From Pocillopora damicornis (lineage: Eukaryota), in the NCBI RefSeq assembly GCF_003704095.1, contig NW_020844332.1, positions 186,001 to 250,000 on the forward strand: a DNA stretch of 64,000 nt, given 5' to 3'. The notes beneath the pieces were generated by a model. It did no database searches. It worked only from the letters and a program-made list of their open reading frames with translations, and had not been told where the DNA came from. Numbering within the stretch: position 1 is the first letter of the stretch; each line of letters opens with the position of its first letter. The position numbers and the translations under genes were made by a program. Below are positions 46,901-58,849 of this stretch, in pieces.

Positions 46901-48934
46901 CTCAAAATCTTACTTCTCCTTACGGAGCATCGCCGACTTCAGAAACTTTATCGTCAAACAAATTCTTAATGTGTAGAGCACAGTACAGAGTACAGGATAC
47001 TGGTGTCAGCGTGTAAATGGTTCATGCTGGATTCTTTAGTGTGGGGTGATTTTCAACTGAGTATCAAATGAATATGGATTGCTTGGTTTTTGCTTTGCTT
47101 CGTTTTATGATTGGTTCTGGAGACTCTTTCCGTCCTCTCAACTACTCAGATTCAAATTTACAACAAATGACGACTTGGTCACCGGCGTTTTTCCGTGCGT
47201 CAAGCAGTTAACTTGTTTTACATTTGCGTTCTCGTTGGCTCCTCTTGATATTTTCCTTTTCTCTGATTTGCTGTTTTGATTACACTGGTTTTAGTTTTAC
47301 GTCAACTAATCGAAAACTGCTCAAAAGAGTTCTCTTCATATCCTTTCCATTTGTCGCCAGGTGCGTAAAAAGCAACTTCGATTCGCTAAGTCGGGTATCC
47401 ACGACTGGGGTCTTTTCGCCATGGAGAACATTGCAGCGGATGAGATGGTGACAGAATATGTCGGCGAGATCATCAGGCAGCCCATTGCGGATATCCGTGA
47501 GCGGAGATACGAGGAGATGGGAATCGGATCAAGTTACCTGTTTCGTGTTGATCAGGAAACGATAATTGATGCTACCACTAAAGGAAACTTTGCACGATTT
47601 ATTAATCACTGCTGTGATGTAAGTATCATCTTTTTCTGTCGCTATTAGTTCCCAGGTAGCTTATTAGAACGGTTTTCAATTGAGCGTCGCGAGTAATCCG
47701 AGAATGCATTGGTTTTGCTTAACTTCTCTCCTGTGATTGGTTACAAAAAAATCGCGCCTCGCTTTCAACCAATCAGATGCAAAACTAATACCAATCACGA
47801 TTTGGTCGCCCGCGTTTTCCCGCGCTTTAGGCGGTTTGGTTGTTTTTACTTTGAGTTCTCATTGGCTCTTTCAGTTATTTTCCTTTCTTCTGATTGGCCG
47901 TTGTGATTACTTTGGTTTTGGTTTTATGACACTCAATCGAAAAGTGCTCTTTGAGGAGAAATCAGCCGAGAGCAATTTTGAATTGATTATCGAAGGCAAT
48001 CTTGGAGGATAATGGTTTCTTTTTACTTTTCTCTTTGATCTAAGTCTAAGAAAAAGTTTTGCTTTTGTAACCGATCAGATGCAAGACTGAAACAAAACGC
48101 GATTACGCTTTTCGCGTTTACCCAAGTCCCAGTCACTATGCCTGTTTTTACTTTACGTTTATAATAGCGCCACGTTATATTTTGCTTCGTTCTAATTGGC
48201 CGTTGTTTTGAGTTTTGGTTTTGATTCTGCGACACTCAATGGAAGTGCGCCCTACTAGTCAACTGACTTTACTGAACTACTATGAGGAGAGAATACTATC
48301 ACTCCATCCAGTATGATTTTTCACTACACAAAGCAACACAGGTTCAAATACAAAGGGTTCCTCCAGCACAAAAGCTTACTGAACTAAATAGAGTGTTGAA
48401 AATGTAAGCTTTTTTAAGGCTTAAAAAAAGCTTACGTTTTAAATGCTTTTTTTTAACCTTAGAGTGCTGCTATGTAATATTGCTTATGTTTATTGTTTTT
48501 GTCAATGTTTGTACCTTCAGTGGGGGATTGGAGGGAAGAGTGTGGGTGGTCTGGGCTCTACCTGGGCCAGCCCCTGACCTTGGTTGCTCTTCAATTTTGA
48601 TGCAGGCGGTTCTATGCGGTGTGTGTTTCGATCTTATTTTTCATTCCCTCTCACAAAGGGCTAACGCTCGAAACGTCCGCGCTAGAAACTTTTTACGGAG
48701 GCCACTTTACATACATAACTATTATATCATGTTAAATTATTTTTCTTTCGTTTTCCACAGCCCAACTGCTACGCCAAGATAGTCACTTTAGAGAATGCCA
48801 AGAAAATAGTCATTTATTCCAAGAGAGATATCGAAGTCAATGAAGAAATCACTTACGACTACAAATTCCCCATCGAGGACGAGAAAATCCCATGTTTGTG
48901 TGGTTCTCCACAATGCCGGGGGACTTTGAACTAA
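34908..48934 (+). CDS. SETD1: Histone H3K4 methyltransferase SETD1A/B (Set1/COMPASS) orthologue
   Basis: Exons: about 34908-35016 (start uncertain), 35126-35259 ([17 protein letters not shown]), 35355-35444 (KDPR...LPVPNFK), 35628-35904 (RRM), 38171-40932, 41703-42171, 42821-43132, 43573-44562, 45414-45598 (Win motif GCARAEGF), 46501-46620 (n-SET, LLKFNQL), 47361-47618 ([13 protein letters not shown]...RFINHCCD), 48761-48934 (PNCYAK...ITYDYKFP, post-[16 protein letters not shown]). Phases are compatible. Confidence 0.96.
37657..37861. mobile_element. piggyBac-like MITE nested in an older MITE (about 37565-37983)
   Basis: TTAA duplicated at 37653-37656 and 37862-37865; TIR CCCTTTAACTCC / GGAGTTAAAGGG; the flanks join into one older related copy. 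Confidence 0.9.
42441..42474 (-). ncRNA. Minimal type I hammerhead ribozyme motif in an interspersed repeat (about 42400-42620)
   Basis: Minus strand GCT-CTGACGA-A-GGGC-TGAC-GCTC-GAAA-CG-TC-AGC with an intact core. Confidence 0.7.
44563..45413 (+). other. U12-type (minor spliceosome) AT-AC intron in SETD1
   Basis: 5' site ATATCCTTT at 44563; branch site TTCTTTAAC at 45396-45404; terminal AC at 45412-45413. Splicing gives in-frame [18 protein letters not shown]. Confidence 0.93.
47670..47950. repeat. Interspersed MITE-like repeat (ttttcaattgag...actcaatcgaaaa; CCAAT-rich)
   Basis: Short inverted ends; related copies at about 19880-20070, 44610-44760, 47050-47320 and 47975-48250. Confidence 0.65.
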
Positions 48935-50134
48935 CGCAACATTTTGTATATATCTCTATCGATATTTATGCGTATGAATTTTGTACAAAGGAAGAAAGGT
49001 CTTTTGACGTTTATCCGTAGAAATTGGCTACTTCTTTAAAAGAGCATCATGTCGTGGGAAACCGACTCAAAACAATGCGAATTCCCATGAAAGTTTACGA
49101 AAGCAATTCCTGAAAGGAAACTTCTAGCTACGGAACCAAGTCTTTTAGACTCTTGCTGCGACATTGGTTGTTCTGCGTTGTTGTTGCACTCTGTTTTTCT
49201 TTGTTCCCGCGTAATTCTATTCAGACTGTGTTGTTTTGTGCACCGGGCCTTTTTTGTGTCCGATTTTTCATGGAAGAGTGAATAAAAGGATTTCTGGACC
49301 GAGTGATGGCCTGTTACCTTCTGAATTATCCAAGTCCTTTTCCGACCCTCTTTTCATCGTTTTCTCCCACCCTCTACTGAGAGTTTTGTCTGTTAACCAT
49401 TTAACCCCCTAGAGTGACTGGAATTCAACATCTCCTTACAATATCACCTCTGAATCAAACATTAAGGTCACGAGAATAAATGAATTGATCTACAACTAAA
49501 GTAGCTCTTGTTTGTTAAACAAATTCTCCTTGCAGCATCTTAGAAAATGTATAGAGAATAGTTTGGAGAATATGCATACAATATTAGGGTGTAAAGGGTT
49601 TATTCTTGAACTCTCAAGATCCAGTTTTTCAAAGTCTCCTAAGTTCAGGGCCACTAAATCTTTAGTAGTTGTCTATTAGAGAATTAATGAAATGAGTAAA
49701 AAATTATGTAAAGATGAGCAGCTAACACTGGTAGAGGATGTTGCGTTCCAACATTCTCCTCCCCTTGCATGCTGGGTAAGATCTTGTGGCAGATCGGCTG
49801 GAAGTACGAGCTTAGCCGCGTACCATTTCCATTATAAATTAGAGAACAACTTTGTTAGAAGGATATATTGTAGCACACTGCAGAAAGTTCCCCTTTGCGT
49901 GAGTAAGGGAAAGCAGTTCTTGAGGTCCTCAACAGAGACATTTGTTGCTGTGTATGTTTCCATGAGTACTCTCCTTCGTTAGGAATCTGGAATCTAACTA
50001 GAGATTCTGACAGGTCGATGCTCGACAAAATCTGGATACCACACCCCTAACCTTTACCTTTCCCCTCCCAAATATTCTGCTTCGAGTAGAAAGCAAAATG
50101 AGAGGAGAGCTGGTAACTAGTCCACACGACAAAG

Positions 50135-52583
50135 ATGTTTGGAAGAGGGAAATCGTGCAAAATTATTTTAAAAAACAACCACCTCAGGAATTTACTTTTA
50201 TCAAGAAAGCTGAGTAGTGTGAAAGGTCAGATTCCAAGAAGATCGTTTCTTTACATCCCAGGAAACGAGGAACGAAAAGTATCAAAAGCGACTGGTTTGA
50301 ACTCTGATTGTGTGGTGTTGGACTGTGAGGATGGAGTAGCGTCCAACAAGAAGGTACAATTGGTTAAAAGGAAGCGAAAAAGGCTTAAGGTTTACAAGAT
50401 ACTCGGGGAATTAAATGGTAGGGATGATCATTAAGTATTGAACTTCACGTGAATAGAACAGTTGCATTTTCAAATTTGAGTGCTAGTTTCACTCCCAACA
50501 ATCTCTGTCTTCAGAGAAGGATGGAAAACCCTCTTTCAACAAGGGGGTGGGAGTAAGGGGAGTAAGGGGAGAAAGTGTCAATGAAGCTTAGGTTTGAATA
50601 AAATGAATTTTCTATTTTAAAATGAACTCTTTGCCAATCATAGGAGTTACATACTGAATAAAAGAAAATTCTCTTGAAGATCAGGGATGTCCCTCTGGTG
50701 AATATTGCATTCTTACACGTGGTTGAGTGCCATCACAACAAAGACTATTGGTCAAAGTGGCCTCCCTTTCCCCTCTCACTCGCTGAATATTATAAATCTA
50801 CTGGTTTTTTTTTTTCATTTGGGAAATGTTGTATACATCTTGTTTATGCTGATTGAATAAACTGTAAATTGGGATGATCTTCAAATATTTAAACAAGATG
50901 ATTATTTTCCTCAATTTTTCAATTATTCACCAAGGTGGAGGTGAATAGTGGTAGATATTTGCCAAGCCACAAAGCAGCAAAGTAGGCAGTTTCATAAATT
51001 TATCATTTATCACAGGAAGAAGCAAGGAATACTATCCACAACATACTTGGTCAACTGAAATTTGGTTCCAGCGAAGTGTGTGTTCGTATTAATTCCATTG
51101 AGACTGGTTTAGCAGAAGATGATTTGAAAGCAGCTTTGACAGCAAAGGAACTGCCTGACTCTATTGTGGTACCCAAAGTAGAGACTGTAGAGCATTTAGA
51201 TTGGGTAATTTTAGAATTTATTCCTGAAGAACATTTTGATATCAGAGTTTTAGCTAAGTTATGCAAGAGAATAGTGTCTACTTCCAAGAAAATGCCCTTT
51301 ATGCCTGAATAAAAATTGCCTAGGCCATTGAAATTCAGCAAGTAAATTATGTGTTGTAGAGGAAGAATTTTCCAGTTCATGATATATGATAAGCGCCATA
51401 ACCATAACCATGTATAATACTTGACAGTTGCAGTTTTTCAGACCATTATTTTAAACATGCCATTTTGAAACCTGTTGAGCAGTCCTTTTATGGTTTTACT
51501 GAATTTCAAGTGGTTTTTAGATAGTAATAAGAGGCACAGGTACTATTGGCAGTGAATTGTACTGATTACCGCTTGAAAAGGAGAACACTGCTGTAGTATT
51601 CTAAAGAACTCAAGTAGGTGTACCTGTGTTTGATCAAGAAAACTGACCAAACTCTTTTAGCCACTCGCTGGATAAAAATCCAAAATCACTATTGACTTGA
51701 TCATTCTTTCCCCATGAATGAGACAGCTTGTATCTGTTTACTTGGGATGAATTTTTTTCATTACATTTATAGTTACCTTCAGCTTGGTTGACCTTTGTTG
51801 ATGGTTGGTTCAGCCTCACAAACACCTAATTAATATGCTTCATAAGTTTTTGTCAGGTTTATTTAATATCAAGAATTGTATCTTTGAATTTTTTTTTTTC
51901 AACTTTCAGTTAAGTGATAAAGTGTCCTCCATAATGAAGCCAAGCGCAGACAAAAAGCTGGGGCTTATCACCCAAGTTGAAAGTGCTCTTAGTCTCCTTA
52001 ATCTCCGTGCTGTCTGTGAACATGGCACATCAACTGACAGACCATTCAGATTTGAGGCTTTAGTATTTGGATCAGATGACTTTCTTGTCAGTATAGGTGG
52101 GTTAGCCCTTTCACAGGGAGGAATAACAAAAATAGAATTACTCCTCACTTTGCCAATCAACATTCATGCAGAGAGATGACCAACAGAAAGGGAAATATCA
52201 ACTATGAGATATTTAATAACTAAAGAATTCTTTGAGCTAAAATTCAAAAAATGAACAGCAGGCAGAACAGAAGCCAGCGAGTCTGCTACTAGTGGTTACC
52301 TTTCATTATTTATGGTACTAGGACTGAGTGGAGTTCAATTTTGTGTGTAATCATATGAGTGATATCAAAACTGTATTTGTTTATCTCAAGTATGATTACA
52401 GACTGAATTGGACAACACAAAGTCTTATTACTAATTAATCATAAAAAGTACAATTTCCAAGAAAACAAGAATAGCCAAGTTATGAAAGAAAGGGAAAATT
52501 TGCATTAGAAGATGGACAAAGGAGGCATTTCTATGGTGATTGAAACCAAGATTGTGATTGGTTGATACTACCACTTTGAATGA

Positions 52584-52614
<31 letters not shown>

Positions 52615-54271
52615 GGATTGGTTATTTAAACTACAACTTTGAATATGATTGGCTTATTGAACTATCTGATAACAAACTGTCCGATAACAACTTGGCAAGT
52701 GAATTAGTAGAAAATAGGAGTTTTTTTAAATCAATCAAAGTCAAGGAATTGTAATTTTTATGATTAAAAGTAGGAGTCTGTAGTGATTCCAGAACCTTAG
52801 GTACCCATGCACCACTATTTTACCCTTTTCATTGGTTGAAACTTCTGTGAAGTTTTGTTTTTTAAGAGGTCCAAATGATAATGTTAAGGGCTACAACCCA
52901 TCACGTTTTTTAGTCCCCAGCCATCTAAATATTCATTTGTTGTAGTTAAAGATTTAGGGCTCACTTCTGGGTAATTTTTTTCCCTTCTTCCTTTCTGGAT
53001 TATCTTCTCATTGAATTGATTAACATGTACCTTCTCCCTATAATAATATCCATACATTGTTCAGCAGACAGGTAAAGAGAATACTCAAACTTATATGGTA
53101 TAAGTTGTTGTCTTGATCTAACTCCAAATTCTGGTAACCAATTTACAAGGAATTGTCTAACAGCTAGAGGGAGAATTGAAAATTGGATCCCAGGTGTTGG
53201 AGGGTTACAATAATTAATTTTTTTTACTTTGTACCATTGTCACCTTCTCCACCATCACAATAATAGGTTCTGGTATGCCTATCTATCATTGTGAAAAGCA
53301 CAAATACATTGTGAATAATCTAGGGAGAAAGTTGAAAAATTTATTAAGAAGACAAAATCCCTCTAGGGAAAAGATATCTACATTTGATTTAAAATGCTTC
53401 CCAACGTTTGACATAATTGGCATGGAATCTATTTCAGGAGCTACTCGCACAAAAGATGCAAAGGAATTGATTCATGCTCGTCAGAGTGTAGTTGTTCATG
53501 CAAAGGCTTTTGGTCTACAAGCCATTGATATGGTTTATATTAATTTCAAAGGTAAGAAACATCTGGTGTTAGAGAAAGATGTTCTTTTGTTTTGTTATAA
53601 GCATGGCACAAAGAAAAAATTTTGAGACCCCTTGAGGAATTGAAACTCAAACCTTTGGATTCTGAGCTCTGATGCTCTACCACCGAGCCACTGAGACTCT
53701 ATGGTGAGCAAGGCCATTACAAACTTCATATATGACGTGTGTCCTGCATACTGCTAGGATCAGCAATGTAGATAGCATCATGTTTTGTAAATATAATTTT
53801 TTGAGATATTTCTATTTCTTTACGGAGCTCAAAACTGACCATCTTTCTTATTCTATTTACGTGTGGCGGTTGTTTGCATCCTTGTTCCACTAGGAAGAAC
53901 GTGTTCATTATCATACCGTAAACACTTTAATAAGGCCCTCAGGGGCATTGTTTCAGAAAGTTGATTGAGAGGAGGGAAAAAAGGGGTTGTTAAAAAGAGG
54001 ACACCTATGAGGAACTTTAAACTGTAGAGAGGGGTCTATCAAGGGTAGGCTTATAAGAACAATGTTCTTAATATGTTTATAGCTGTTCAAGTTTGGAGAC
54101 CATATCAATGGTTATTCACTCACTAACTAAAGGCTTTTGAGAGGGAACATGTAAAGCAACTGTTTGAACAAAAGTGACAGCATTTGAAAATAGTCTTTCT
54201 TTTGCTTTTCTTTGCAGACCCTGAGGGTTTACAGGCACAAGCAGAGGAAGGTGCTAGGTTTGGTTACACTG
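50135..54271 (+). CDS. CLYBL: Citrate lyase beta-like / citramalyl-CoA lyase (mitochondrial), exons 1-5
   Basis: Exons 50135-50353 (basic leader, PRRSFLYIPG, VLDCEDGVA), 51016-51204 (CVRINS, VVPKVE), 51910-52096 (LVFGSDDF), 53438-53551 (AKAFGLQAIDMV), 54218-54271 (EEGARFGYT). Confidence 0.93.
52320..52770. repeat. Interspersed repeat with internal tandem units of about 30 bp (gattggtt..tttaaactacaactttgaat)
   Basis: 3-4 degenerate internal repeats at about 52555-52660. Confidence 0.5.
53590..53860 (-). mobile_element. Repeat containing a tRNA-like segment (SINE-like)
   Basis: Minus strand TGGCTCGGTGGTAGAGCATC...GAGTTTCAATTCCTC resembles Pol III A and B boxes but does not form a clean cloverleaf. 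Confidence 0.5.
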
Positions 54272-54971
54272 GTGAGTCTGTTTTTTGTCCTCATTTTTCT
54301 CTTTTGTTTCTGTCAGGACAATTGGTCTCTACTTTGAATTTGTCATGATAAATATAACTGCTCAAGTTTGATGAATCTAACTGTTTTGATTATTTAACCC
54401 TTTAACCCCTAAGAGTGATAGGCATCTAATTTCTTCCAACAGTGTCACCCCTAAACCAAACATTAGACTTATGAGAATAAAGGAAATGGTCACAAACTTA
54501 AAAAACTCTTGATTGTTAGACAAATTCTCATTGTAAGCACCAAAGGAAATGGGGAGAGATCAGTATGGAGAACTTGCATACTGATGTAAGGGTGAACAAA
54601 GTGTTCCTTGTTATGAAGAAAGGGGTAAGTTTCTAAAGAAACTNNNNNNNNNNNNNNNNNNNNNNNNNNNNNNNNNNNNNNNNNNNNNNNNNNNNNNNNN
54701 NNNNNNNNNNNNNNNNNNNNNNNNNNNNNNNNNNNNNNNNNNNCTCCAGTTTTTTATATGCATTTTATCTTTACCTTTCTTTTCTATCAATTTAATCGCA
54801 GTTCCTTGTCTTTTTATCCGCTGGCGACGCTGATTCACTATCCCTACTTTCTATGCTCGAGGTACTGCTGACTTGGTTTTTACGTTTATTGACCTCAGCC
54901 ATAAAAAGACAACGACCGAAAACTATATATCACTCCACATCGGCTACGGAACTTTCTTGGGCACGTCTTAC

Positions 54972-55520
54972 TCAGACGCTGTCATGCCCAGAATCACTAA
55001 CTGGTTTGCCAAGTTTCCAATCAAGGTAACACACGTAGACAAGGACTTCTTCCAAGATACCAAAATCAGTTCCACCATCTGCCATCACTGATATGAAGTT
55101 GCTCTCTCTCAATTTCACTCCAGTCTCCTCTTTTAGTATGTCACTTATGTGGTGTAAAAATTCAGTACAGGCACTTCTTGCGGTGTATGTTTCGCCGAGG
55201 TCAGCTCCATTGAGGTTTTGAAGAGCACAGAATGTTTCATAATCATCAAAAGGCCTTTCAATCGCTACAATGGTAAATGCTGTCAAAATCTTCTTTTCCA
55301 ATTTAGGATCCTTGGCACTAATCAATTTGTTTAGAGATTTGACAAATGGTCTTTCCTGTGGCTTTTAGTGTGCCTTCAGAGATTCAACACAGCTTGCATG
55401 TGCTTGACTTTTATCATGCTTCTTTAGAGTTTCCATCTTCAATATTCTGCTTCCACTCTTCTTAGAAATGTCATTAGTTGATGATGACTGCGAATGCTGG
55501 GAACACACACTACGGTACAT
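54972..55520 (-). pseudogene. Decayed hAT transposase N-terminal part (TTF-type zinc finger plus DUF4371, ZNF862-like)
   Basis: One frame reads MYRSVCSQH...ETLKKHDKSQAH...AH*KPQ...AFTIVAIERPFDDYETFCALQNLNG...FISVMADGGTD...EEVLVYVCY. In-frame TAA at 55365-55367; similarity is lost shortly after the first catalytic Asp motif. Confidence 0.82.
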
Positions 55521-55530
55521 AGGTTAGACT

Positions 55531-56538
55531 TCACAGGTCCCATCTTAAGATAAGATGGGAGAATCTTCTTTCTTTGGTTTCTTTAATGAACTTGCCTTGC
55601 TTTGAAAACCAGTGTTTTAAACACCCTCTCTTTATGCCATTGTTGGTACCTTTGTCATCTGTTTTTGAAGTTTTCACTTTGGGTATCTCTCCAGCAACCT
55701 GAGGAGGCATTACTTTCTTCTTGAGGCTTCCCACTTGTGCCATCTGCTCAATCATGTTTTGACCTTTACCATTTCTTGTAATGGAGAACAGGGGAACAAA
55801 GTGATTTGGCTCAAACCACGCACCAGGTCTATCATCACTTCCTTCCCTTGTCCATAGCAAGAAAACAGTTTCTGATGAGAATTTTGCCATTCGAGGGTAG
55901 ATAATCCCATGCACAAAATCCCTTGTCCATGACGGGCAGTCAGGGTAGGAAAGGAATACTGGCCTAGCTAAAACAACAGTTAAAGCAGACACTTGGAAAT
56001 ATCCACTCCATTCTTTTGGCTTGCTGGCATTGCGTGCCTCTGAGAAGACAGCCAATTCCCTGTTTTGAGCACTGTCATGGAAAATGTCGTTGCTGCGTCT
56101 TGTTAGGCAGAGGGTAAATACTGTATTGGGATGGCAACAACCAGAAGGAAAATAAGTAAATTTGGGATGCTGTGCGTAGAAGCTGACATTGATGTCGAGT
56201 TCAAGAGCAACAAGTAATCGCCAAAGAATAGCATATGATTCATCACCCACTAAAGCAAATGATACCGCATTATATAAGCAGTTTCCGTTCCCAGTGGTCT
56301 TCACTGCTTTATAGATTTTGTCAGCAGAAGAAGGAAGGTCTTCAGGAATAAGAGCATTCAACAGTTTATCTTCTTCAAGACCCACATGGGAATTACATTC
56401 CAGGCTACGAATAAATTGTTTCTGGTTTTCGTACTTTCTCTCAAGAGTACTAAAGTATCCCCTAAACTCATCTTCCGGTTTTCCTTTTACTATCTGGCAG
56501 TCAAGAATCTCGTACAATGCACGAAGATCGTGGTCCAT
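55531..56538 (-). CDS. Vertnin-like OTU-family cysteine protease ORF inside the transposon
   Basis: 335-aa ORF with AVKTTGNGNCLYNAVSFALVGDES (Cys loop), EWSG..QVSALT.VL.RPV..SYP and PNHFVPL (His loop). Confidence 0.8.
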   Translation of the reverse strand: MDHDLRALYEILDCQIVKGKPEDEFRGYFSTLERKYENQKQFIRSLECNSHVGLEEDKLLNALIPEDLPSSADKIYKAVKTTGNGNCLYNAVSFALVGDESYAILWRLLVALELDINVSFYAQHPKFTYFPSGCCHPNTVFTLCLTRRSNDIFHDSAQNRELAVFSEARNASKPKEWSGYFQVSALTVVLARPVFLSYPDCPSWTRDFVHGIIYPRMAKFSSETVFLLWTREGSDDRPGAWFEPNHFVPLFSITRNGKGQNMIEQMAQVGSLKKKVMPPQVAGEIPKVKTSKTDDKGTNNGIKRGCLKHWFSKQGKFIKETKERRFSHLILRWDL

Positions 56539-56689
56539 CTCCTAAATACTCTTTTCTCACATCATTGGTGAACTACACGTGTATCATTGCACAGACTGAG
56601 GGAAAGATAAATCATGGTGGTTAAAAGTGAGAATTCTAGCATGGTGACATACGAAATCCGTCAAGTTTTCGCGCCAAAATGACACGATT

Positions 56690-58162
56690 AAAAAAACCTC
56701 ATTCAGAGATTTTGATTCATGCATGGACTTGAAAGTTTATCTAGCTCTCATTAACGAAAGTTACAGTGAATCGTGAAGCCTTCGTCATTGCAACTTACTA
56801 TTTGCAAGAAAGTTAAAATTTTCAGAAAGTAGACGAAACCATTGATAGGATGTTTAATTAAAAGTTGATTGCAAGTTTGTGCGACATCCAGCCAAGGAAA
56901 CCATTGCTGAATGACAATCTTTACTAATCCGTGACGTTTTGAAAGAGTAGTGTTGTATACTTCCTACAGTTCCAGGGAATTTGCAGAATTGCCAACAGTT
57001 TCATCTCTCTCGTTCAATATTCACTTCACTGGGCACAGGTGGCAAAGTTAGTTACTATATTTAGCAGTCACATACTCTGTTTTGGCGAACTTTTGATATC
57101 ATGAAATCCTGTTATAAATTAACCACACACATGTTAAAACCGCTAAGAAAATTTCTTTGAAGACCACTAAAATAGGTTTCGAAACAAAAGAGTTCTTATA
57201 TTGAAGTTTTATTTTCGTCAAATTTTGATCAAATGATTACAGTTGCAAGCAAGTTGCCAAATATGGTGCTGATAAACATCTTGCATGCCACGGATTAAGC
57301 TAATTAAATAAACACAAATTTGCATAAAGGACGGTTTCGTTTTATTAATCACACGCTCCACTATTGAAACTGTTGAAACAAAAATTAAATATAAGCATCA
57401 ACCACTTCAATTAAAAAAATTAGATCTTCAACACATGCTTGTGCAAAAATCGTAGTTTCCCACGGGCAAGGAAAAAACAATTTTTCGTGCTAAATCATGT
57501 GAAACAATATTACATAACACACGTGACAACTTTGAGTGTGAACAATTCTTGTTGTTGTCCTGCAAAATATTTTTTAGTTCTGCAAATGTCATCAAATTAG
57601 CAAGTAAAATCATAAAATGTTAGTTACAATCAGTTGCTCGCTTTATCGCGTCGTTCAATGGACAAGAAGCCTGGGCTATGTAATATATTAATAAATCAGA
57701 AGAGAAACCACTGAAGCGAAACAAGACCCATGACCTACTTAATGTACAAATCACACAGGCTATTGATTGCACTGTGCTTTCAGCGCTTTTGCTTTTCGGG
57801 CTAACAGGAGCCAGGGAGCATGATGGAGTTTCTTTTTGTTTTGTTCTGTTCCATTTCTATATGTTTGCTGGTTTCGTTNNNNNNNNNNNNNNNNNNNNNN
57901 NNNNNNNNNNNNNNNNNNNNNNNNNNNNNNNNNNNNNNNNNNNNNNNNNNNNNNNNNNNNNNNNNNNNNNNNNNNNNNTGCAATCAAGTTTTAATTAAAC
58001 ATCCTATCAATGGTTTCGTCTACTTTCTGAAATTTTAACTTTCTTGCAAATAGCAAGTTGCAATGACGAAGGCTTCCCGATTCACTGTAACTTTCTCTAA
58101 AGAGAGCTAGATAAACTTTGAAGTCCATGCATGAATCAAAATCTCTGAATAAGGATTTTTTT
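56690..58162. repeat. Inverted repeat pair of about 185 bp (56690-56873 and 57979-58162)
   Basis: The right copy is the reverse complement of the left with a few substitutions and abuts a gap. Confidence 0.9.
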
Positions 58163-58523
58163 ATTGTTAATTATTAACTGATTCAACTATAAAATGGATT
58201 ATTAATTAATTAATCAATTAATTATTTATTAATTAATCAATTCGGGCGACCAACCTGGAAGGCTGGGCGACCTACTTGTCATGGTTAGGCGCCCCTTGTT
58301 ATAGAGCACAGCCTTGCAGTGTCACTTGTATTTCTGAAGAGACCTTGCATATCACTGTGTCTACAAGGTAATCTGGATCTTAAAGCAGGAGGGAGGAAGG
58401 GTCCTGCAGAGCCCACTCAACATGTCCCTTTTTCTTGTCCACAAGGTGGGTCATATGCAGTTCTGGGACTCTCCTAAACCATGTCCTTGCATCAAGCCTG
58501 GCTCAAAAGCTATTATTTACTTT

Positions 58524-58849
58524 TTACTTTTTCTGTGTAGCTTCTGCCAATCGAAGAACATTCCTGGCTTGCTGAACTGTTGGCATGTCAATCATGTTGC
58601 CATGGAAATTAATGGCACCCTTTTTAAAGAGAAAAACAAGGAGATGAAATGAAGTTTCCAAAGTAAATTTTATACCTACTTAGCTTTCTTGCCTACTTTG
58701 CTTTACATCTCAGATCAAACTGACCTTTCCAACTCTTTCTTGTTCCTCAAAAGCATTTACCAGATCTCTTGCCCATTTAACCTTCTCTTCACTTGGTGAA
58801 AATGCCTTGTTAACAATTTCAATCTGTCCTGGGTGTATTATTTGTTTAC
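58524..58849 (-). CDS. CLYBL: CLYBL exons 6-7, on the opposite strand from exons 1-5
   Basis: 58725-58849 GKQIIHPGQIEIVNKAFSPSEEKVKWARDLVNAFEEQERVGK and 58524-58619 GAINFHGNMIDMPTVQQARNVLRLAEATQKK*. The phase-1 acceptor matches the exon 5 donor. Confidence 0.93.

Noticed and set aside
53620-53700. tRNA gene
   Set aside because: Degenerate B box and stems, embedded in a longer repeat; better explained as SINE-like.
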